Origin: an uncultured Phycisphaerales bacterium
GTDB lineage: Bacteria; Planctomycetota; Phycisphaerae; Sedimentisphaerales; Anaerobacaceae
Length of the DNA stretch: 64,000 nucleotides
Direction: 5' to 3'
NCBI GenBank assembly: GCA_963772725.1
Contig: CAVYYI010000002.1
Location: 128,001-192,000, forward strand
A model generated the notes under the pieces. The model searched no databases. It had not been told where the DNA came from and saw nothing but the letters and a program-made list of their open reading frames with translations. Below, piece after piece: positions 20,634-31,249 of this stretch (position 1 is the first letter of the stretch; each line of letters starts with the position of its first letter). A program made the position numbers and the translations under genes.

Positions 20634-21503
20634 TTGAATAAAGTAGTAAAAATTTCTGTTATATTATTAACTTTATATTTAGCAGGATGTCAGGCAAAAC
20701 ATTCGAATAATCTTATTGCATTCTCAAGATTAACCGGAGATTACTGGCAGATATGGACGATGCAGCCTGACGGCGGTAAAGCTGTGCAATTAACAAAATC
20801 GGAATCTGATAAAAGATACCCTATCTGGACATCTAATGGTAAAGAAATTTTGTTTAGGGACAATAACAACAGGGCATATATGGTAAATTTAGCAACGGTA
20901 AAGGAAGAAAAGATTTTAAAATCCTTTGGTTATATCGGTAGTCTTGTTCCCTCGCCGGATGATAAGCAAATATTATTTGTGCGTTTTCAGGCGGAACTCC
21001 GGGATAATAGCAATCTTTGGATAGCATCAAAAGATGGGCAAAATCAAAGAATTCTGACTCGCGATGCCGGCTTACAATACGATGCTGCATGGTCTCCGGA
21101 TGGTAAAGAAATTGCATACATTTCCGGGCAGGGTTATCAAAAACATAACCTTTTCCTTATAAGTTCAAGCGGGAGCAATAAACGGCAGTTAACCAATGAC
21201 AAGGCAATGGAGTTATTACCAGCCATTTCACCTGAAGGCAAAAACATAGCTTATGTCTCAGATATCACTGGAAATTTTGACATCTGGCTTATGGAATTAG
21301 ACGGACAAAATCCCAGACAGCTAACTGTTTACGAAGGAATTGATACCCGTCCCTGCTGGTCGCCGGACGGCAAAAGAATTATGTTTGTCTCCGATCGCAG
21401 CGGAAGTCAACAAATCTGGATTATGAATAGTGATGGAAGTAATCCTAAACAATTGACTCGATTAGCTCCAAGTATGGATCCAACGTGGCTAAGGAAAAAT
21501 TAA
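20634..21503 (+). CDS. TolB-like PD40 beta-propeller lipoprotein
   Basis: Lipobox LAGC; repeats WSPDGKEIAY, ISPEGKNIAYVS, WSPDGKRIMFVS. Confidence 0.85.
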   Translation: MNKVVKISVILLTLYLAGCQAKHSNNLIAFSRLTGDYWQIWTMQPDGGKAVQLTKSESDKRYPIWTSNGKEILFRDNNNRAYMVNLATVKEEKILKSFGYIGSLVPSPDDKQILFVRFQAELRDNSNLWIASKDGQNQRILTRDAGLQYDAAWSPDGKEIAYISGQGYQKHNLFLISSSGSNKRQLTNDKAMELLPAISPEGKNIAYVSDITGNFDIWLMELDGQNPRQLTVYEGIDTRPCWSPDGKRIMFVSDRSGSQQIWIMNSDGSNPKQLTRLAPSMDPTWLRKN

Positions 21504-21504
21504 A

Positions 21505-22605
21505 ATGCAACAAATACGCATACTTTCAACTTTAGTAATTTTAGTATTCTTCTGTAATTTGTGCCTTGCTCAGCCAAAACAGGCAAAACTTTTAATTTCC
21601 AAGGTGAAGCTTGACCGAAAGGTATTTGACCCTTCGGCAAAGGAAACGGTAAAACTAAGTTTTGAAGTAAATAAGGCAGTAAAATGTGAGGTCGTAATTT
21701 ATAATATTCTGGGAGGAGCCGTAAGGGAATTTGAAATCCCTTATGCAGTCGCCGGTGAAAGAAGTGTCGTATGGGATGGCAGAGATAACAACAATCAGCT
21801 TATTTCAGGTAAGATGTTTTTATATGTTATTCATGCCATTGCGGATAAGGATGAAAAGGCTGCCTATAATCCATCCGATAAGACAGGTGGAGAGTTGATT
21901 AAAACCCATGAATACACCTTTGACAATGCCAGCGGAAAAATAGAATTTGTTTTGCCCAAGGCATGCATGGTCAGGCTTCGTGCAGGATTAAGGGATGGTA
22001 TGCTGGTAAGAACAATATACGATTGGGAACCTTTCCCCGCCGGCAGGCATAATCTTCAATGGAATGGCAGCGATGAATCGGGATGTTTTAATCTGGCAGG
22101 GAATAAAGATGTGCAGCTCAACCTAACATGTTATACTCTACCTGATAATACCATAATAATAAAAGGCAATACAGTTTTAGTCTGGAATAGTTCCAGAACA
22201 GAAATTTCAGGAAGCAACAAAAAAGATAATGTCCCATGGAACAGGAAAGGTAAATTTCTGCACTATACACATGACCCGATGCATTGTCACGAACCCTGTT
22301 TTGAGATTTCTTTTCAAAAGCATAAATCCTCTGGGGAAAATGACATTCCGATAATTAAAGGTGAGGTTCCGGTCAGGATTAAAATTGATGACAGTGATGC
22401 CGAATATATGACAAATAAGAGGTTTGAGGTTATGCTATACGTTGATGGAGTATTTCTTTACGAAATCGAAGAAGGAACCTCGCCTTTTACTTTCAACTGG
22501 AATACAAAAGGCCTTACAAAAGGCACTCATATTTTTACTGCAATTATTATGAGTTACGATGATCATATAGGGACATTAAGCAAGAAGATTATAATCGGAG
22601 ACTAA
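21505..22605 (+). CDS. Secreted FlgD-Ig / Ig-like domain protein
   Basis: Signal peptide; VWDGRDNNNQ, LQWNGSDESG; C-terminal PFTFNWNT...GTH. Confidence 0.7.
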   Translation: MQQIRILSTLVILVFFCNLCLAQPKQAKLLISKVKLDRKVFDPSAKETVKLSFEVNKAVKCEVVIYNILGGAVREFEIPYAVAGERSVVWDGRDNNNQLISGKMFLYVIHAIADKDEKAAYNPSDKTGGELIKTHEYTFDNASGKIEFVLPKACMVRLRAGLRDGMLVRTIYDWEPFPAGRHNLQWNGSDESGCFNLAGNKDVQLNLTCYTLPDNTIIIKGNTVLVWNSSRTEISGSNKKDNVPWNRKGKFLHYTHDPMHCHEPCFEISFQKHKSSGENDIPIIKGEVPVRIKIDDSDAEYMTNKRFEVMLYVDGVFLYEIEEGTSPFTFNWNTKGLTKGTHIFTAIIMSYDDHIGTLSKKIIIGD

Positions 22606-22608
22606 AAA

Positions 22609-25600
22609 ATGAAGTCAATTACTGTAAAATTTGTCATGGTTCTGATGTTACTTGCCTCACCTGCAGTTTTTCGGAGATGATGGTATAATACAGATGGGAG
22701 AGTTTCCTGAAAACTGGATAGAGAGTTTGATGATGGGCTGGGATGTTGCAGACCTATCGGAAATGAACATGGCGTACGATGGCGACCCCGTACAGCTTAA
22801 AAATGGCGACTATGATTTGACTGTTAAGGATTTGGTTGTCAAAGGAGGTGTTCTCGATATAGTTATAGAGAGGCGCTATCGCAGCACAAGCCGGTATAAT
22901 TCACGTTTCGGCTACGGCTGGGATATGAATTATAATATTAAGGTAAGAAAGCTTCACGATGTCAATAAGCTCGTATTGATTAACGGTGAAAACCGCAGGC
23001 ACGAATACACTCTTGACCCAAATTCCGACCCTAATGAACCTGTTTATGTTTCTCAGGCCGGTCTCTATGATTACATTGTCGCAAACCAAGACGGGACGCT
23101 AACTCTTGTTAAAAAACATGGAACGGAAATAAATTTTGACATTAACGGCAATCTCTCATCAATAATCGACAGAAACGGCAACAGTATTGCTTTTACTTAT
23201 GATAATGGTGGCCTATTGCCAATAAACGGTCCATCGGATTATTTTGTTGGACAGGATTATGGTCTTATTGCCCAGGAATATATGCTTACTAAAATCACGG
23301 ATGATTTGGACAGGGATATTAATTTTACTTATGACGCAAATGGCTTGCTTTCAACAATAACTGATTTTACAGGCAGATGCTGGACTTATACTTATGACCC
23401 CAACACAAACGATTTACTCACAGTAACCTGTCCCAACACTCCTGCTTATCCAAATGGTCTTACAACAACCTATACTTATGAAAATCATAATCTGCTTACT
23501 GCAACAGATGCCAATGGACAGACCTATCTGACCAATACCTATTATTCCAACGATAAAGTTCACCAGCAGACCTATGGCGACGGCTATTACACATTTAATT
23601 ATGACCCCAACAATAACCAGGTTACTGTAACAGACCGCAAAGGCTTTGACAGAACCACTGTTTATAATAGTTCAGGTAATCCCATATCAGTTACGATTGA
23701 TACCGAAGGCCTGCGTGCAACCGACCCTGCCTCCTACACCACGAAACACTGGTACAACTCCAATATGGAGGTTACAAAGACGCTCTTGCCATCTGGCAAC
23801 TATGTAACTTACGGCTATGATTCGATGGGCAACCTGCTAAAGGTCGCTGCTGAGCCTAATAACGGCGAGCCTAATATCGTTACAACATATACCTATGACC
23901 CGAACTGGAATTTTATAAAAACCGTTACCGACCCACTGGGCAAGATTACGACATACAATTACGACTCCAATAACGGCAACCTTCTGAGTATTACATCTCC
24001 TACAGTTTCGACCCCGACAGGCGACGCAAACGCCGTTGTAAGCTTTACATATAATATCTACGGGCAGCCTGAAACCGTCACTGCCCCTGATAGTATTGTG
24101 ACAAAATGTGAATATTACACAGATGCCAACGATGCCAATAATTTTGGTCATCTGTGGAAAACGATTGTCGATTATAACGAAACTGCAGGATTAAACATAA
24201 CAACTGAATACGAGTATGACAGGCTCGGCAGAGCTATAAAGGTAACAGACAGCAACGATAATATCGCACAGCTTACTTATAATAATCTTGACCAGTTGAC
24301 CAAGGCCACAGCGCCGTCGCCGTTTAATTATGTTACAAACTTTTCATATCACAAGACCAAAAAGCTAAAGACTTTAGAGCGGCCTATCGACGATTCCAAT
24401 CAGGTAACAAGCTATACATATAATATCCTCGATAAGCTAAAAACCGTTACTAATCCGCTGGGATATGTAACTACAAATAGCTATGACAATAGTGAAAATC
24501 TGTCCAATATCGAGGACGCTGAGGAGAATAATACCCATTATGATTATGATGAGCGGGATTTGCTCTGGAAGGTTACCGATGCCAACGGCAACGTAACTGA
24601 ATACAGCTATACACATAACGGCAAATTGGAAAAAATCAAGGCCCAGGACGGCAATGAGACAACCTACTCTTACGACGGCTTTGACAGGCTAAAAGTAATT
24701 ACCTATCCCGATGATACAAACGAGGTTTTCAGCTATGATAAAAATTCCAATCTTACAGGCAAAAAGACCAGAAAAGATGAAGTAATCAGCTTCCAGTATG
24801 ATGCCCTGAACCGGATGACGGTTAAAAATGGTCCTGCCGACCCGAATATCTATTACCGCTACGATATAGCTGGCAGATTATATGATGTAAATGACCTTCG
24901 CTCGGTAAGTAATGGGGGCGGGATTACTACCTATGATTATGACCGCATTGGAAGAGTTGAGCAGGTCAACGATATAGAAGGCCGTCTTGTTGATTATGAT
25001 TACGATGAACGGGGTCTGAGAACAGCACTTATATATCCTGACGACAGCAACGTAACCTATAAATACGATTCGCTGTCGCGTCTGACGGAAATCAGGTATA
25101 ATAACTCAATCGTGGCAAGCTATGATTATGATGAGTTATCCAGAAGGAAACTTTTGACGCTTAATAATGATACCGATGTCAACGTTATTTATGAGTATGA
25201 TTTGGGAAACAGATTGACAAAGCTGACAAATAACTTAGATGGCGCCAGTTCCATTGTCTTTGAATATACCAGCTACGACAAGGTTGGAAACAGGAAAAAT
25301 ATGCTCGTTGACGGCAGTGAGCATATCTACAACTATGATGTGCTTTATCAGCTTACACACGTCAATTATCCCTCCGGCGCAGGCGCCGATGCGAATTACT
25401 TTTACGACAGCCTTGGAAACAGGACAAGCGTTTATAACGGCAGTACAACAACTTATACAGCCGATAGTAATGGTATGAATCAATACACATCTGTCGGCGG
25501 GACAAGTTTTGATTATGACAAAAACGGCAATTTAACCAGTGACGGGACATATACTTACACTTACGATGCTGAAAATCGCTTAATAGATGTTAATGACGTT

Positions 25601-26686
25601 AACGGCAATATTGCGGAATATAAATATGATTTTGCAGGCAGGAGAGTATCAAAGACTGTCGGCGGGGCAACTACAAAATATTGCTATGACGGCGATAAAA
25701 TAATTGCGGAGTATGACGGCTCGAATAATCTTTTGCGTAAATTTGTATATGGTCCCGGGATTGACGAGCCGATTTTGATGATTAACATCTCAGGTGGAAA
25801 TGAAACAAAGTATTTTTACCACTTTGATGGTTTAGGTTCAGTTGTTGGATTAAGCAATTCCTCTGGCACCGTTGTTGAAAGATATAGCTATGATGTCTTT
25901 GGCGAGCCTAACCGGACTTCAAGTTTAGGTAATCCTTACCTGTTTACAGGTCGTGCTTATGATGATGAGACAGGGAATTATTATTACAGGGCGAGGTACT
26001 ATAAACCTTCGATAGGGAGATTCCTGCAGACGGACCCGATAGGTTACACTGCGGGTTTGAATCTCTATACGTATTGTGGAAATAATCCCTTGAATTTCAT
26101 TGATACTTATGGCAAAAATTTCTTTGGAGGATTAGTTAGTTTAATTGCAGGCAATGGATTTGATACTTCTTACAATATGGGATGGAGCGAAGCCGGACAG
26201 ATTGGAAAGGCAGGATTACAGGGCGGAGGACAAGGACTTGCAGCTTGGGCTGATGGTGTGATACCATTTGCAAATCCATTCGAGAATTATTATGATAGCA
26301 GCGATCCAACATTGAAGTTTAGTCAAGCGATGGGGCATGTGTCCAGAGATGCTTTGTTAGCGGCTGCTATCCCGAATATTGGTACATGGGTAAAAAACCC
26401 TCTTCTTTATGAAATTGGTTCAAAAACACTCCCAACTACTAAATATCTCGAATTAGGGCTTAAAGGTCTTAGCGCAATTGACAAAGGGCGGAAAATTATT
26501 CAGGATGCTGGTGGTTTGTGGTTGGCATTGAAGCCGGTAGGGACAAGTGCATACGCGACAACGATATTAGAAGGCGGGACTCCTGGTGCTTGGCTAACAT
26601 TAGAAGCTCTTCTTGAAGGTGCAGACCTCAAATGGCCTAATTTATTCGGCGATCTCTTCACCAATCCAGAGGGAAGCAAGAAATAA
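22609..26686 (+). CDS. Rhs/YD-repeat polymorphic toxin with Sec-type signal peptide (one extra T at ~22667-22671)
   Basis: ATG 22609 gives MKSITVKFVMVLMLLASPAVF, joining GDDG... if one T is removed; DPV..NG...FGYGW (DUF6531-like); YD repeats; core YYRARYY...GRFLQTDPIG...NPLNFIDTYG; variable C-terminus. Confidence 0.9.
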
Positions 26687-26697
26687 AGGAATATAAT

Positions 26698-27114
26698 ATG
26701 AATATTTTTGAATTATTAACTTTTTTGGCATTTATTGTAGCAGGATATTTCTGTGGGAAACTGCTTGGGCTTTATTATGGAATAATAGGATGGGTAGTTG
26801 GTGTTGCCATCGGAATTGCATTGGCAATATGTGTATGGATTGGATTGGATAAGTTAATACGACAATGGTATAAATGGCGTCCATTCCGGCCGGTATGTAA
26901 AAAGGGTAAGTGTTTTACTCATGATTATAGATTGATTGAGTGCTCACAAATGGACATCACGTTACAATGTCGGTGTGGAACAAAATATCTGTATCGTGAA
27001 AATGAACGGCGATTTATGGAGATTCTTGAAGACGGTACCATTGTCCCATATATGAAACGAAAAGGTGCTTTTGGGCGATGGGAATTAGAAAAACCGCAAG
27101 AACACAAAGCATAG
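26698..27114 (+). CDS. Putative membrane immunity protein for the main Rhs
   Basis: Directly downstream with RBS; two hydrophobic helices plus a Cys-rich tail. Confidence 0.6.
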   Translation: MNIFELLTFLAFIVAGYFCGKLLGLYYGIIGWVVGVAIGIALAICVWIGLDKLIRQWYKWRPFRPVCKKGKCFTHDYRLIECSQMDITLQCRCGTKYLYRENERRFMEILEDGTIVPYMKRKGAFGRWELEKPQEHKA

Positions 27115-27138
27115 TCCGAATGAATTCAAGAATAACTT

Positions 27139-27396
27139 ATGAGAAACGTGACAAGTATGAAAGTCATCTATTTAAAAGGATTACTCTTTTTGTTTGCGGG
27201 ATTATTATCGTCGATAATTCTTATCTATCAATGTCCGACTTTAAAAGTAGTCGGATTGCTTATGTTGTCTATTTGGAGTTTTGCCAGATGTTATTACTTT
27301 GCATTTTATGTTATAGAGGACTATGTTGATAATAGATACAAGTTCTCTGGTCTTTGGTCATTTATTCATTATTTGTGTTACAAGGGTAAGTCCTAA
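27139..27396 (+). CDS. Small hypothetical membrane protein
   Basis: 85 aa, two hydrophobic segments, co-oriented. Confidence 0.6.
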   Translation: MRNVTSMKVIYLKGLLFLFAGLLSSIILIYQCPTLKVVGLLMLSIWSFARCYYFAFYVIEDYVDNRYKFSGLWSFIHYLCYKGKS

Positions 27397-27402
27397 TAGT
27401 AT

Positions 27403-28533
27403 ATGGTAACTTATGCAAGTGAAAAACTGGTTGCAGACAGTAGAGTCAAGAAGTTTGACTATACCCTGTCCCCTGAACGCTGTACGCTAAATTTCTATGG
27501 CCCCGGAATTGACGAGCCAATCTGTATGATAAATATCTCCGGTGGTAATGAAACGATTTACTTTTATCACTTTGATGGGTTGGAAAGTGTAACAGCGTTA
27601 AGCAACTCTTCTGGCACTATTATTGAAAGATATTCTTACGATGTCTTTGGTGAGCCTAACAGGACTTCAAGCATCGGTAATCCGTATTTATTCACGGGAA
27701 GACAATACGATGATGAAACTGGCAATTATTATTATAGAGCCAGGTATTACAAGCCGACTATTGGGAGATTTTTACAGACGGATAAAGTTGGTTATGCTGA
27801 CGGCTTGAATATGTATTCTTATTGTGGCAATAACCCCCTTAATTGGACTGACCCATATGGATTATGTAAAGATGGATGGCTTGACGGTTTTCTTGATTGG
27901 TTAAGTGGTACTTCTATTGGACCGTTAATAGGCTTTGGTCCAGAAGGATACAGTGCCTATCAGGCTTGGAGCGATTTTTCAGTAGGTTACAGCATGGCTG
28001 GTCAAGGAGTTGTGAATGTGTTTACCGGAGGAATGTTTAATAGAAACTATGGGATATTTTATAATACATTTAACAACCAATGGGCAGCTCTTGGTTATGA
28101 AAATAGTGTAAATAGTCCTGAATTCCGCAGCGGAGAGAGGGGCGGAAGAATAGGAGAAACATTTTTGTTAGGCGCCGCAGGAGCATGGGCATGGCAAGCT
28201 GTTGGGGGGCCTACAATGAATGTGTCAGTTGGAGAATTATATGGCCAAACACACATTGCATACGGAACAGGAAGTACAACATTAGAGGCATTAGGTACGG
28301 CTGGCCAGATTCAGGTATACAGCGGTGCAACTTTCACTGGTAGTGTTGCGACCATTGAGGGTATTCCTATACTCAGTTCTGGAGCAATCGCTGCTACTGA
28401 AGGCATGGCAGCTACAAATTGTCTTACAGCCGCTGGTTATGCGTACACAGTATCGGGTGGCGCTGCTGTTGGAGTAGGAATCGGTGCAGTATCATCAACG
28501 CCAATCTGGGTACCATCTCTAGTAGAGCCATAA
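27403..28533 (+). CDS. Orphan Rhs core + alternative C-terminus, cassette 1
   Basis: YGPGIDEP...NPLNWTDPYGL core similar to main Rhs 25748-26112; different Gly/Ala-rich hydrophobic C-terminus. Confidence 0.88.
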   Translation: MVTYASEKLVADSRVKKFDYTLSPERCTLNFYGPGIDEPICMINISGGNETIYFYHFDGLESVTALSNSSGTIIERYSYDVFGEPNRTSSIGNPYLFTGRQYDDETGNYYYRARYYKPTIGRFLQTDKVGYADGLNMYSYCGNNPLNWTDPYGLCKDGWLDGFLDWLSGTSIGPLIGFGPEGYSAYQAWSDFSVGYSMAGQGVVNVFTGGMFNRNYGIFYNTFNNQWAALGYENSVNSPEFRSGERGGRIGETFLLGAAGAWAWQAVGGPTMNVSVGELYGQTHIAYGTGSTTLEALGTAGQIQVYSGATFTGSVATIEGIPILSSGAIAATEGMAATNCLTAAGYAYTVSGGAAVGVGIGAVSSTPIWVPSLVEP

Positions 28534-28551
28534 TAAAGTAAAGGATTAACA

Positions 28552-28656
28552 ATGGGATATTATGCAATTTTTGAATTTAAGTTGTTACAGAATACTCCAA
28601 TGAAATACCCTCCAAAAGAACCTTTAAAGGAGGCATTAAGGTATCTTGTAAAATAG
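28552..28656 (+). pseudogene. 34-aa ORF, possible truncated immunity paralog
   Basis: RBS AAGGA; MGYYAIFEFK...LKEALRYLVK resembles the N-terminus of the next gene (MQNFAIVEVK...LKEIAALLKK). Confidence 0.4.
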
Positions 28657-28708
28657 AAATGATAAAACTAATTCATTAAATAGTCATTAAGATTAACGAG
28701 GATTTAAT

Positions 28709-29176
28709 ATGCAGAATTTCGCGATTGTAGAAGTTAAACCAATCGATGAAATTGGTTTGAAAGATTACAACATAAAATTATTAAAAGAAATAGCTGCGTT
28801 GCTCAAAAAACGCAATATAAAACTTTCTAAACAAGATCCAGTTATCAATCGTTTTTGTGCCCGATTGGTTTGTAATTCAATGGGCCAAAAGGTCTATATA
28901 AGTCTGCGTTCGTTTGGCCTACAAGAGAACCCATATAAGTCCACTTTTGCATGCTATATGTCCGAACCTTTGTGGAGAAGATTATTAAGAATTCGTTCAG
29001 AAAGACGAGATATTGCTCTTCAACAGGTATGTGATGTTGTTCATGATATCGTAAATGCTGATGTACGTTTTGTTAATGTAAAATGGATGACCTTTGCGGA
29101 TTGGTGTGCATCCCCTGAACGTAAAGAGAAACTTCTATCGTCCACCAAAATTAAATCTCGACATTTAACGCGATAA
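28709..29176 (+). CDS. Putative immunity protein, cassette 1
   Basis: Position, AT-rich, GAGGA RBS. Confidence 0.6.
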   Translation: MQNFAIVEVKPIDEIGLKDYNIKLLKEIAALLKKRNIKLSKQDPVINRFCARLVCNSMGQKVYISLRSFGLQENPYKSTFACYMSEPLWRRLLRIRSERRDIALQQVCDVVHDIVNADVRFVNVKWMTFADWCASPERKEKLLSSTKIKSRHLTR

Positions 29177-29188
29177 ATTCGGTAACAT

Positions 29189-30259
29189 ATGATAAGTTAC
29201 ACAGACAACGAAATACAGACACAAGACGCAAGACTCACGACGCAAGACAACAGCGTTTCCTGTACCCTACCCCCTGAACGCTGTACGCTAAATTTCTACG
29301 GTCCCGGGATTGATGAACCAATCTTAATGATTAACATCTCCGGCGGAAATGAAACAGTTTATTATTACCACTTTGATGGATTGGGTTCGGTAGTTGGATT
29401 AAGCAATTCATCGGGAAGTATTGTTGAGCGATACAGTTACGATGTATTTGGCGAACCGAACAGAGTAAGTTCCTTAGGAAATTCGTATTTATTTACGGGG
29501 CGACAGTATGACAGTGAAACTGAAAATTATTACTATCGCGCAAGATATTACAAACCGAGTATAGGGAGATTCTTGCAGACAGATAAAATTGGCTATGCCG
29601 ACGGCCTCAATATGTACAGCTATTGCGGAAATAATCCAATCAGTTGGGCTGACCCTTATGGGTTGTGTAAGGATAGAAGTTATTGGTGGAGTGGTGATTT
29701 CTTATATGCTTTATCTGACTTTGGGCCTCAAATGCGTGATGCGCTTGGCGCTGGTGTAGCATTTACTACTAATGGCCTTACTTTCCATCAAATTGATAGC
29801 TGGAATGCTTATGCTGATTATCTTAAAGGACGATATGGAGCAGCGGGTACCGCATCAGAAAACTTTGGAAGCTTCTCCATGTTATTGACAGGCGGTGCGG
29901 TTGGGTTAGAGGTGCTTGGGCTGGATGTGGTTGTGTTGGGAGGTACAACTGGTGCCGCTGCATCAAATCCAACTGTACAAGAAGGAATGCAATTATGGCG
30001 GGCATGGGGAGGCAGTTCAGGCCCTCTCAGCCCTGGCAACTCGACATACTGGACAAATGTAAATCCTCAAACAATTTCTAATTTTAGTCAAGCTGCTCAG
30101 TTACCCATAGGAAATACAGGGCAGTTTATTAGTACAGGAACATTAACAAATACCGCTAATGTAATAATACAACAAGTACCTAACGGCACTGTGTATGAAG
30201 TTATTGTTCCGAATGGCCAAGTTTTAGTAAATAGTGTATCTGGTGGAGCATTACCGTGA
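29189..30259 (+). CDS. Orphan Rhs core + alternative C-terminus, cassette 2 (possible ART/NADase-like)
   Basis: Core ends NPISWADPYGL; C-terminus has LWRAWGG...YWT...LP..N...YEVIVP. Confidence 0.88.
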   Translation: MISYTDNEIQTQDARLTTQDNSVSCTLPPERCTLNFYGPGIDEPILMINISGGNETVYYYHFDGLGSVVGLSNSSGSIVERYSYDVFGEPNRVSSLGNSYLFTGRQYDSETENYYYRARYYKPSIGRFLQTDKIGYADGLNMYSYCGNNPISWADPYGLCKDRSYWWSGDFLYALSDFGPQMRDALGAGVAFTTNGLTFHQIDSWNAYADYLKGRYGAAGTASENFGSFSMLLTGGAVGLEVLGLDVVVLGGTTGAAASNPTVQEGMQLWRAWGGSSGPLSPGNSTYWTNVNPQTISNFSQAAQLPIGNTGQFISTGTLTNTANVIIQQVPNGTVYEVIVPNGQVLVNSVSGGALP

Positions 30260-30660
30260 TTCTAAATTTTAATAAATGGAAAAGCAAAAAATATCTGGAG
30301 TATCGATACCCCAAAAGCAAGATTCAATTTTTATGCGAACAAAATGGTCTGCCAGAAAAAGACCTTAAAAAAGAGTTTGTTACCTTATTTAAAAAAGATA
30401 TAAAGGTTTTAAGGGCATATTTGGTAAGAATAACTTTTGATTCTAAAAATGATTATCTAGTTGCTTTATGTATATTCTTGGATTCGACTACATCATTAAA
30501 TCATAAACAGGTGATTCCTCGAATAAAGGAAATATCAAAAATTTGTCAAAAAATGTTACCCCAAGAAATACATTTAGAAATAATATTCCTTGATAAGGAA
30601 ACTGAGACAAAAGTTTTAGAGGTATGCAGCCCATTTTATGTAAGTGGAACGGAGAATTGA
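30256..30660 (+). CDS. Putative immunity protein, SseB C-terminal-like
   Basis: GTGA overlap with the toxin stop; FLCEQNGLPEKDLK...VLRAYLVR...VALC...CSPFY pattern. Confidence 0.65.
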   Translation: MILNFNKWKSKKYLEYRYPKSKIQFLCEQNGLPEKDLKKEFVTLFKKDIKVLRAYLVRITFDSKNDYLVALCIFLDSTTSLNHKQVIPRIKEISKICQKMLPQEIHLEIIFLDKETETKVLEVCSPFYVSGTEN

Positions 30661-30663
30661 CGG

Positions 30664-31065
30664 ATGGAAAATATTCCAGATTTTTATTTGGTACCAAATG
30701 AATGCGTTCCAGTTGTATACCCCATTAAATGTTGGATAGTAGGAACGCTGCACTATGAAAACAAGGATGATTATTTTATAGTTGATGTAAATCCACAAGT
30801 CATTTTTTATGACAAGAATAAAGATATTATAGAAACAGAAAAAGTAATTCTAACTGCTAGATATCAAAATGACCATATCAAGATGGTCAAAGAACGGTCT
30901 ATTTTTGTAAATATATTATGGAAAAAGAATATACACCAAGATTTAAATTTATCCGGTTTGTCCTACGGAGATGTTGAGATTATTGCGTTAGGGAAAATAT
31001 ATCCTACTGCTAATTCTGCTTGGGAGGATGTATATAAGGCCTTTGAGCAAAAAGGGAAATATTAA
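30664..31065 (+). CDS. Hypothetical protein, possibly orphan immunity
   Basis: 133 aa, co-oriented, 3-nt gap from the previous gene. Confidence 0.6.
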   Translation: MENIPDFYLVPNECVPVVYPIKCWIVGTLHYENKDDYFIVDVNPQVIFYDKNKDIIETEKVILTARYQNDHIKMVKERSIFVNILWKKNIHQDLNLSGLSYGDVEIIALGKIYPTANSAWEDVYKAFEQKGKY

Positions 31066-31149
31066 ACCTGTCCCTAACGAAAATTAAATCTGCAGCTTAG
31101 CGTGAAAAATTTGTTACGTTCTTTGAAAATATTATAGAGACGTTGGACA

Positions 31150-31180
31150 ATTTTGGATTTTCGATTTCCGATTTTGGATT
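31150..31180. repeat. Heptamer tract ATTTTGG/ATTTTCG x4
   Basis: Read directly. Confidence 0.75.
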
Positions 31181-31249
31181 ATGAGACTATTTTTGATAAT
31201 CGAAAACCAACAAAGCCGTTTTTAATACTGAAACCGTAGTTTTCAATGA

